A stretch of 64,000 nt of DNA. Origin: Candidatus Latescibacterota bacterium. GTDB lineage: Bacteria > Latescibacterota > UBA2968 > GCA-2709665. This document shows, piece by piece, positions 56,658-64,000 of this stretch. Position 1 is the stretch's first letter, and each line of letters begins with the position of its first letter. The stretch spans positions 2,720,001 to 2,784,000 of the forward strand of contig OZ252100.1 in assembly GCA_965248435.1 (NCBI GenBank). Reading direction: 5' to 3'. The position numbers and the translations under genes were made by a program. The notes below the pieces were generated by a model. It did no database searches, was not told the DNA's origin, and saw only the letters and a program-made list of their open reading frames with translations.

Positions 56658-59210
56658 ATGCACACCCTCCTCGACCTCCTCTCCGAAGTTCGTGAGCTGG
56701 ACGCTCGCGAGGCCATTCGCTCCTTCGACGGCTATCGAACTCAGTCGCACTCCTACAGACAGCTCTATGGCCGCATCGGCGGATGTGTCCGTCTCCTGGA
56801 TGGAATGGGCTTTCAGAAGGGCGATCGTCTCGTGATCTGGGGCGAGAACCGGCCCGAGTGGGTGATCGCATTCTGGGCATGTCTTGCCCGCGGCGGCGTG
56901 GTCGTGCCGCTTGACTTCCACTCCTCACCTCAATTCGTCAATCGCGTCCAACAGGAGGTAAATGCCTCGCTCTTCGTCTGCGGTGACCAGACGGATCCCG
57001 CAGATCTAAACACGCCAAGCATCTCCATGAACGAGATCGCCTCCCTCGGAGAGCAGGACACCTTTGAGATTTGCAATGCAGGGCGGGACGACATCGTCGA
57101 AATCGTCTACACCTCCGGCACGACCGGAGACCCGAAGGGCGTCGTCCACCGTCATCGTCACATCTGCGCGAACCTCGCGGCTCTGGAGTCGGGCATAGAC
57201 CCTTATCGGAAGTTCCTGAATCGGGTTCAGCCATTCCGCATTCTGAATCTGCTCCCCCTGAGCCATATGTTCGGACAGTCGCTCGGAATCACGATTCCCA
57301 TCATGCTCGGAAGCTCCGCCGTCTTTATGCAAGACCTGCACCCTGACGCCATCGTCGAAACGACCCGCCGCGAACGCGTCTCCGTTCTGGTCCTCGTTCC
57401 GCGCGTGCTGCAGGCCCTACAGCGTCACGTGGGAGGCATATTCGATCTATCCAGCCTGGGGTCGACCGAAGGCTCCGGTCTGTTGAGACGCTGCTGGCGA
57501 TTCAGGCGTGTCCACTCCGTCTTCGGCTGGAAGTTCTGGTTCTTCGTCGTCGGCGGCGCTCGCGTCGACACCCGGATGGAGTCCTTCTGGTCCCGACTCG
57601 GCTTCGGTGTTGTCCAGGGCTACGGTCTCACAGAAGCCAGCCCGGTCGTCGCGCTCAATCACCCCTTCCATACGCGCCGAGGGTCCCTCGGAAAGGTCAT
57701 AAAGGGGCAGGAAGTGAAAATCGCCGCGGACGGAGAGATCCTCGTCCGCGGAGAGAGCATCGTATCAGAGCGAATGTCTGGATCAGGAATCGAGCAAACC
57801 GCAAGGGATGGATGGCTGCATACCGGCGACATCGGTGAGACAGACGCGGAAGGACGCCTCTATTACCGGGGACGAAAGAAGGAGATGATCGTCACTTCGG
57901 AAGGCCTGAACGTCTATCCTCAGGACGTAGAAGAGGCACTGGATCGACTCCCCGAGGTTCTGGAAAGCGCCGTCGTCGGGATCAATGACCACGTCCACGC
58001 AGCCCTCATTCTGTCAGACACGAACGCAGACCCTGAAGAACTGGTTCAGAAAGTGAACGCGGATCTGGAGTCCCACCAGCGCATCCGGAGCTGGTCCCTC
58101 TGGCCAGAAGAAAGGCTTCCTCGCACGCCATCCACCTTGAAGATCAGACACCACGAAGTGGCGCAGCGCGTCACAAAGACTGGCAGAGAACCGGATCTTC
58201 AGACACGGACCGATGCGCTGGAAGGCATTCTGATCAGGCTTACCGGGCGCACGGAGGTCCGTGATCAACAAAGACTCGTCGAAGAACTCGGACTCTCTTC
58301 CCTCGACCTGGTCGATCTTCTCTCCGGTCTCGAGGCGATCTACGGCGTGCATCTGGATGAAGAAGCCTTTACAGGTCTCTCCACGGTCGGGGAACTCAGG
58401 GAATGGCTACGAACGGTCGCCGCCAACGAAGTGACGGCTGCCGCGAAGAGGGAACGTCCGAACGAGACCGTGCGAGTCAGTCCACCCGGGGAGTCGGAAC
58501 CTGCTTTATCCTGGACGGCGCCGCGCTGGCCGCGATTCCCGCTGTTTCGATGGATCGGCATCGCAAAACTGGAGGGCCTCGTCTTCCCCTTCCTGAGGCT
58601 CCCTGTCAAACTTTCGGTTAGGGGCCTTCAGCACCTCCACTTCGTCAAGCCGCCCGTCCTCTTCGCGGCCAACCATACGAGCCACCTGGATACGCCCGTG
58701 TTCCTCTCGGCACTCCCCTCGGCCTGGCGAAGACGGATTGCGCCCGCGATGATGCAGGGCTACTTTAAAGCATATTTCCAGCGGACCCGCTTCTCTCTCT
58801 GGCAGCGAACGATCTCGGCAGTTCAGTACTGGGCGGCCTGCGGCCTGTTCAACGCCTTTGCGCTGCCGGCGGAGGCCGTCGGCGTGCGCCGCGTCCTCAA
58901 ATTCATGGGCAGCCTGATGGACCAGGGCTACTGCCCGCTCGTATTTCCAGAAGGCACTCGCGCCGCGGATGGACAGGTTCAGGCATTTCGTTCTGGGATC
59001 GGCCTGATGGCACTGCGACTGCGTGTACCCGTCGTCCCGATCTACATCGGAGGCCTGGACAGAATCCTCCCACCTGGCCACATCTGGCCAATATCGGGAA
59101 GGGCCTGCGTGAAGATTGGTCCGCCGCTGGACCTCTCGTTAGAAAGTGACTACACTTCTGCAGCCAGACGGGTCGAGGCCGCGGTCCGCTCGTTGGGTGA
59201 CGAATCCTGA
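56658..59210 (+). CDS. AMP-dependent acyl ligase + acyl carrier domain + PlsC-type acyltransferase fusion
   Basis: YTSGTTGDPKG, QGYGLTE, WLHTGD and GRKKEMI (ANL); LGLSSLDLVDL (ACP serine); ANHTSHLD and FPEGTR (acyltransferase). ATG 56658. Confidence 0.92.
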   Translation: MHTLLDLLSEVRELDAREAIRSFDGYRTQSHSYRQLYGRIGGCVRLLDGMGFQKGDRLVIWGENRPEWVIAFWACLARGGVVVPLDFHSSPQFVNRVQQEVNASLFVCGDQTDPADLNTPSISMNEIASLGEQDTFEICNAGRDDIVEIVYTSGTTGDPKGVVHRHRHICANLAALESGIDPYRKFLNRVQPFRILNLLPLSHMFGQSLGITIPIMLGSSAVFMQDLHPDAIVETTRRERVSVLVLVPRVLQALQRHVGGIFDLSSLGSTEGSGLLRRCWRFRRVHSVFGWKFWFFVVGGARVDTRMESFWSRLGFGVVQGYGLTEASPVVALNHPFHTRRGSLGKVIKGQEVKIAADGEILVRGESIVSERMSGSGIEQTARDGWLHTGDIGETDAEGRLYYRGRKKEMIVTSEGLNVYPQDVEEALDRLPEVLESAVVGINDHVHAALILSDTNADPEELVQKVNADLESHQRIRSWSLWPEERLPRTPSTLKIRHHEVAQRVTKTGREPDLQTRTDALEGILIRLTGRTEVRDQQRLVEELGLSSLDLVDLLSGLEAIYGVHLDEEAFTGLSTVGELREWLRTVAANEVTAAAKRERPNETVRVSPPGESEPALSWTAPRWPRFPLFRWIGIAKLEGLVFPFLRLPVKLSVRGLQHLHFVKPPVLFAANHTSHLDTPVFLSALPSAWRRRIAPAMMQGYFKAYFQRTRFSLWQRTISAVQYWAACGLFNAFALPAEAVGVRRVLKFMGSLMDQGYCPLVFPEGTRAADGQVQAFRSGIGLMALRLRVPVVPIYIGGLDRILPPGHIWPISGRACVKIGPPLDLSLESDYTSAARRVEAAVRSLGDES

Positions 59211-59237
59211 GTTGTGAATCGTCGCTGTTTTTGATCA

Positions 59238-59768
59238 AATCCCCCTTAATCCCCCTTTGTCAAAGGGGGAAGGTCACCTATTGGCATTAATTCATATCTA
59301 TCCGCATTTAGGATTCTACAAGTAGATAGTCCCCCCTTTGTAAAGGCTCTTCGCCGAATGTTGGGGTTAGGCCATCAAGCTCTATTTTGTAGAACTCGCT
59401 AGCTAGCCAGCGTCCCTGTAACTCAGGAGATGCATAGCTTAAAGCCATCAGGGCCGCGGTGTGCGACTTACCGTGCAACAAGGGGATTTCACCTCCCGGC
59501 GGGTTGGTTTTCAGTGATCGCGAGCGTGTGGTGAGGATGTGGCCCTCCTGCCATGATTGTTTTTTCCACTGAGGGTAAGGTGCCGCGGCCCGAGCCCCCC
59601 CGGCGTTTGAGGGGCGCCCTTCTTTTGTCCTCGGGCGCGGCACGCCGCGCCCCTACAGCGAAATCTTGGAGTGTAGGGGCACAGCCGCGCTGTGCCCCAG
59701 GGTGGCGGTTGCGGTAGGCCTTTTCTTGTGGCGTGACAAGAAAAGCATGCCCTGAGCCTGCCGAAGGG
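59238..59768. repeat. Cluster of REP-like hairpins, including an inverted GTAG-type pair
   Basis: ATCCCCCTTAATCCCCCTTTGTCAAAGGGGGA at ~59239; GGGCGCGGCACGCCGCGCCCCTAC at 59633-59656; GTAGGGGCACAGCCGCGCTGTGCCCC at 59673-59698; GCCCTGAGCCTGCCGAAGGG at 59749-59768. Confidence 0.65.
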
Positions 59769-59811
59769 TAGGCCGCCGGAGGCTAAAGGCAGTCGTTCGT
59801 GGATCGTTGTT

Positions 59812-60162
59812 GCCCTGGACGGAACAGCTCAGGGAATCGTCAGCAACGCTGACTCGGACCACCTTCAGGAAGCCATCCAGAGGAACGGACTCGAATTCCC
59901 CGTCGTGGTATCCTCAGAATCGGCCCGGAGCTACAAACCGAATCCTGAAATCTTCCTCGAGGCCCTCGCGCAGTTCGAGTGCGAACCGAGTGAGGCCATC
60001 TACGTCGGCGATTCCCAGGAAGACGACATCGTCGGAGCGAAGGGAGTGGGAATGCAGGTCGCCTGGCTGAACCGAACCGGCGAAACACTGAAGCCCGGAA
60101 TACCAAGGCCCGATTATGAAATCCACTCATTGAGCGATCTGCTCGATATTATTCACGAGTGA
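59812..60162 (+). pseudogene. HAD-family hydrolase 3' remnant
   Basis: Frame +1 encodes GIVSNAD (motif II), YKPNPEIF (motif III) and YVGDSQEDDIVGA (motif IV). No DxD motif I and no ATG back to the in-frame stop at 59734. Confidence 0.7.
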
Positions 60163-60374
60163 TTCAGGTAAGTTTTGTAGATAGGTTCCGTGGCCCTTCG
60201 CGCTCCTTACATTCCTTCTTGATCCGGCGCCAGTTCGGGTGTTTGGCGCCTCACTCGATTCTCTCCGTGTCTCTGCGTGTCTCCCCGCAACCTCCGTGAT
60301 CGATGCCAAAAAGGGCGCAGAAGTGCCTATATTGTAGGCGGCATTCTTAAAACCTGAAAGCTGGAAATCTAATG

Positions 60375-61429
60375 GCTGGATTCAATGACTAAGTGCAACA
60401 CTTGGACTTGAAGACTTCAGCTGGTGTTTTGAAGTTAAGACATTTTCTTGGTCGGTTGTTGATCCGGTTCTGAATTTTCTTTAACTCGTGTTTGCTGACC
60501 TTTGAGAAGTCTGTCTTCTTGGGGAGGTATCTGCGGACCAGACCGATAGCGTTTTCCACAGCGCCTCGCTCCCAGCTGTGGAACGGTTTGCAGAAATAGG
60601 ATTTGGTGCCAAGCACCTCGTTGACCCGTTGATGTTGGCCGTTTTCGGATCCGTTGTCATATGTGATGCTCTTCCTCATGTGGGGAGGATGTCGCCCAAG
60701 GCGTCGATTAATCGCTTCGGCGACCTCCGAGGGTCCGTTCTTTGCCAGCTTAGCCAGGTGTAGGTATCTCGACGATCGCTCAAGACAAGCGCCAACGGCC
60801 TGTTTGCTCTCACGAGAGATGATGGTGTCGGATTCCCAGTGGCCAGGTTGTTTCCGTTTTTCGATGTAACGGGGACGTCGATCGATCGAAATACGGCCTG
60901 GAATGTGGCTTTCCCGGTGTTTTCGGGTATGCCACCGCGGCTTTCGTTTTTTGTGAGCTCGGGATAAGCAAGCAACCAGATCCCGCTGCTTGTGCACCTT
61001 TGGATCGTAGATATACTGGTAGATGGCTTCGTGGCTGATACCCGCGCTCGGACGCTCCTCGGGAAGCCTCCCAGCGATCAACTCGGGAGACCATCCTTGC
61101 TTGAGTTTGGTCTCGACATATCGCCGGATAACCGGATTCTTCAGCCGTTTCCGCTTGCCGGCCTCCCGCTTACGTTTCTCAGCCCTTCTGTGAGCCTGGA
61201 GGCCCGAGTAACTCTCAGCTATCGGGGACGGATTACGTTTCAACTCTCTTGAAATCGTGCTGGCGCTCCGGTCAAGGGCCTTGGCAATATCTCTAAGGCT
61301 TGCACCAGTGGCTCGACAAAGCGCAATCTGCTCGCGTTCGTCTATCGTAAGATGCTTGTAATTGTTTCCCATACACTTAGGATAGGACAGTTGCTACCCT
61401 AAGTGTTGCACTTCCTTATTGAACTCGGG
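60375..61429 (-). mobile_element. IS30-family insertion sequence, 1055 bp, imperfect terminal IRs and 3-bp target duplication (ATG)
   Basis: Left end GCTGGATTCAATGACTAAGTGCAACACTT; right end, reverse-complemented, CCCGAGTTCAATAAGGAAGTGCAACACTT; ATG at 60372-60374 and 61430-61432. Confidence 0.9.
60389..61372 (-). CDS. IS30 family transposase
   Basis: YKHLTIDERE..., RSASTISRELKRN, WSPELIAGRL, SHEAIYQY, GHWESDT, TYDNGSE, WERGAVEN and NNRPRKCLNFKTP. Confidence 0.96.
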   Translation of the reverse strand: MGNNYKHLTIDEREQIALCRATGASLRDIAKALDRSASTISRELKRNPSPIAESYSGLQAHRRAEKRKREAGKRKRLKNPVIRRYVETKLKQGWSPELIAGRLPEERPSAGISHEAIYQYIYDPKVHKQRDLVACLSRAHKKRKPRWHTRKHRESHIPGRISIDRRPRYIEKRKQPGHWESDTIISRESKQAVGACLERSSRYLHLAKLAKNGPSEVAEAINRRLGRHPPHMRKSITYDNGSENGQHQRVNEVLGTKSYFCKPFHSWERGAVENAIGLVRRYLPKKTDFSKVSKHELKKIQNRINNRPRKCLNFKTPAEVFKSKCCT

Positions 61430-61452
61430 ATGTTGATTTCAGGAACGAACGA

Positions 61453-64000
61453 ATGAATCGGCAGAACCCGCTCGCACGCGCATTGAACGTCGAACCGGGA
61501 GAGGGCAGGCCCCTCACCCTTCTCATGATACACGCCTTCTTTGTAGGCGTTACGCAGGTCACCTTCTTCACAGCCAGCAACGCACTTTTCCTGGTCAAAT
61601 TCAGTGCAGAGTCCCTCCCGGTCGTCTACATGGTATCCGCTGTCGTCTCCACGATTACAGGGGGAATCTATGCCACCTTCGAGAGACGACTTTCAATCCA
61701 GAGCCTGCTGACGGGCACGCTCCTCTTTCTGCTCGTCTCCGTCTCTGCATTTCGTCTCGGCATCGAATTCACGGATTCCAAATGGCCGGCCTTCGGACTG
61801 ATGGTCTGGTTTGTCGTCCTGAGGGCGCTTCTGAACGTGGAACTTTGGGGACTGTCCGGACGGCTGTTCAACGTGCGCCAGGGCAAGCGCCTCTTCGGGC
61901 TCGTCGGATCCGGAGAACTGATCGCCAGCGTCATCGGAGGCTTCTCTACACCTCTGTTCGTGCGCCTCTTTGGAACACCGAACCTCCTTTGGGCCTGTGC
62001 AGCAGGCCTGGCGCTTTCCATCGCGACCCTGGTCCTCCTCGCTCGGAAGTTCGGAGCCCGGTTGGCCAACCAGGAGTCGGCTGAAGAAGATTCCCATTCT
62101 AGATCGAGTTTCGTCGATCTCTTCAGAAGCCGCTACATCTCTTTCATCTTCCTCCTCGCGTTTGTCCTCGTAACCGCGCAGTATTTCATCGACTACTCCT
62201 TCCTGGACCAGACCAACCTCCGCTACCAGGAGGAGGATGACTTAGCCCGGTTCTTCGGCCTGTTCTTCGGTGTGGTGGAGGGAATCACATTCATCTTCCT
62301 CACCTTTGTGACCGGCCGAATCATCGGGAGGTTCGGCATCCGCATCGGCATGCGCGTGCGCCCCGTCGTATTGTTCTTCTGCGCCGTGGGCATGCTCGTT
62401 ACGAGCGCCATTTTTGGCCCCCTTGCCTTCTTCTTCTGGATCGCCGTAGGTACCAAGATGCTTGATCAAGTCTTGACTCGCGCCTTGAGTGAACCGGCTT
62501 TTTTGGTCCTTTATCAACCGCTGAGACCAGAACGGAAGCTGGCCGTACAGGTCGCCGTGGAGAGTATGATATTCCCCATCGGCATCGGATTTGCCGGCGC
62601 CTTATTGTTTCTCATGCGATGGATCGACTACCTCCAGCCCATGACACTGGCCGTGTGCATCCTTTTGACGGTCGTGGCCTGGCTCTCCGTCGGCGCCCGA
62701 GTCAGTCGCGGGTACCGGGAGGCGCTCGCCAGGGCCCTGAATAGACGGATGCTCGAAGGCACTTCGTTATCTTTGGATGAAAGCACCATCCTCGACGTCC
62801 TGCAAGCAAGGTTGAAAAGTCCTCACGCTGGGGAGGTCATCTACGCCTTGGACCTGCTGGAAAAGCGGGATGTCGAGGAGATGCAGGCGGTGCTGATCGA
62901 TCTGCTCCAGCACCCCTCGCCTGAAGTACGGAAAGACGTGCTGGCCAGAATGCAGAGGGTCAATTTCGTCTCCGCGTTGCCGAGCGTAGAGGATCTGTTC
63001 GAACGGGAGGAAGTTTCGGACGTCAAATCTGCCGCACTGGGTGTAATCTGTGAATTCGGAGAGGCCCAGGCAGTGGATTACATCGCACCTTATCTGGAGC
63101 ACGAAGATCAGGAAGTGAGGTTGGGGGCGCTGGCAGGTCTGCTTCGAAGCGGGGGCATCGACGGTATCCTCCTGGCCGGAAACCACCTCAACTCCCTCGC
63201 GAATTCTTCTGATCCGGCCCAGCGAACCTTTGCAGCCCGCGTCCTCGGCGATGTTGGTATCAGGAATTTTTACCGCCCCCTGCTAAAGCTCCTCCAAGAC
63301 GATGACCCGAGCGTACGACGGTCCGCTTTGGCCGCGGCCGGCGCAATCAAGAACACTAGGCTGTGGCCCCTTGTCATTCCTAACCTCGCATCCATCACCT
63401 TCCATACCCAGGCCGCCCTTGCGCTTGCCGCCGCTGGAGACTCAGCATTGTCTGAGATGGAAGTCGCATTTGCAGAGCCTGACGCGACGAGGCAGTTGCG
63501 AATCCGGATCGCGGATGTGTGCGGCCGCATTAAAGGACGGCGCGCCACAACCATCCTCCAAAGGTGGCTTGACGAACCGGACAAAGGCATCCGATCCAAA
63601 GTGCTCTCCTCGCTTCATCAATGCGACTATCGCGCAGAGGAGGGGGAAGTCATCGATGTTCGGAGGTTGATCAGGGGAGAGGCGTCCGATGCAGCGTTGA
63701 TACTCGCCACGATGGTGGATCTTGGAGATGACTTGCAGGTGATCCAGAGAGCCTGTGAACACGGAATCGGGAGAATCCGCAAACGCATTTTTCTCTTCCT
63801 GTCCTTCATCTATGAGTCGCAGACCATCTTGCGGGCAGAGGAGAACCTTCTTCAGGATTCTGTGGATCAGAGGGCCTATGCGTTGGAGGTAATCGACACT
63901 ACCGTTTCCCAGGACCTGAAGAGCATCATCTTTCCGCTTTTGGAAGACTTGGGACCTGAGGAACGCTCGAGAAGACTAGAGATTCATTTTCCCCAGGAAC
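61453..64000 (+). CDS. NTT/TLC-like MFS transporter fused to HEAT repeats, 3'-truncated by window edge
   Basis: Not in the ORF track (no stop in window). ATG 61453 gives MNRQNPLARALNVEPGEGRPLTLL..., FWGLSGRLFNVRQGKRLFGLV, LYQPLRPE, GYREALARAL, then HEAT-like LLQHPSPEVRK and LLQDDDPSVRRSAL. Confidence 0.88.
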   Translation, partial: MNRQNPLARALNVEPGEGRPLTLLMIHAFFVGVTQVTFFTASNALFLVKFSAESLPVVYMVSAVVSTITGGIYATFERRLSIQSLLTGTLLFLLVSVSAFRLGIEFTDSKWPAFGLMVWFVVLRALLNVELWGLSGRLFNVRQGKRLFGLVGSGELIASVIGGFSTPLFVRLFGTPNLLWACAAGLALSIATLVLLARKFGARLANQESAEEDSHSRSSFVDLFRSRYISFIFLLAFVLVTAQYFIDYSFLDQTNLRYQEEDDLARFFGLFFGVVEGITFIFLTFVTGRIIGRFGIRIGMRVRPVVLFFCAVGMLVTSAIFGPLAFFFWIAVGTKMLDQVLTRALSEPAFLVLYQPLRPERKLAVQVAVESMIFPIGIGFAGALLFLMRWIDYLQPMTLAVCILLTVVAWLSVGARVSRGYREALARALNRRMLEGTSLSLDESTILDVLQARLKSPHAGEVIYALDLLEKRDVEEMQAVLIDLLQHPSPEVRKDVLARMQRVNFVSALPSVEDLFEREEVSDVKSAALGVICEFGEAQAVDYIAPYLEHEDQEVRLGALAGLLRSGGIDGILLAGNHLNSLANSSDPAQRTFAARVLGDVGIRNFYRPLLKLLQDDDPSVRRSALAAAGAIKNTRLWPLVIPNLASITFHTQAALALAAAGDSALSEMEVAFAEPDATRQLRIRIADVCGRIKGRRATTILQRWLDEPDKGIRSKVLSSLHQCDYRAEEGEVIDVRRLIRGEASDAALILATMVDLGDDLQVIQRACEHGIGRIRKRIFLFLSFIYESQTILRAEENLLQDSVDQRAYALEVIDTTVSQDLKSIIFPLLEDLGPEERSRRLEIHFPQE

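Noticed and set aside
59308-59643. 111-aa minus-strand ORF
   Set aside because: Begins and ends in REP-like hairpins with no recognisable motif; at most a gene remnant.

Overview
Bacterial genomic window, moderately GC-rich. The gene content (dockerin-like C-terminal motif on a giant secreted protein, several Gfo/Idh/MocA and PhyH enzymes, NTT-HEAT fusion, short ParC/ParE) suggests an uncultured FCB-group lineage such as Ca. Latescibacterota, but this is a weak inference. From left to right: (1) the end of a flagellar-switch-like cluster (fliM 3' end, fliN, an unusual FliG with a FliF-C-like helix and no torque domain, second fliN, small membrane protein); (2) metabolic genes; (3) a PAS histidine kinase and NtrC-type sigma54 activator, followed by a near-consensus sigma54 promoter driving an ORF-less, structured ~130-nt candidate ncRNA; (4) lipoproteins, a tandem pair of uncharacterised membrane-anchored paralogs, a GT39-like glycosyltransferase and a stand-alone E2 acyltransferase; (5) a dcw cluster (mraZ to ftsZ) lacking mraY, murD and ddl; (6) a REC-HDOD protein, parE-parC, a MoxR-like AAA+ ATPase with a 614-aa partner, an MFS transporter, an acetamidase and a Phd-VapC toxin-antitoxin pair; (7) a 2699-aa FG-GAP/IPT surface protein with six 207-bp repeats; (8) an acyl-CoA ligase-ACP-acyltransferase fusion, a HAD gene remnant, a complete IS30-family element with a 3-bp target duplication, and an NTT/HEAT gene running off the right edge. 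Three genes are split by single-base deletions that look like long-read errors. The best candidates for something new are the motor-uncoupled C-ring-like module and the sigma54-dependent structured RNA. All calls come from reading motifs by eye; no searches were run.
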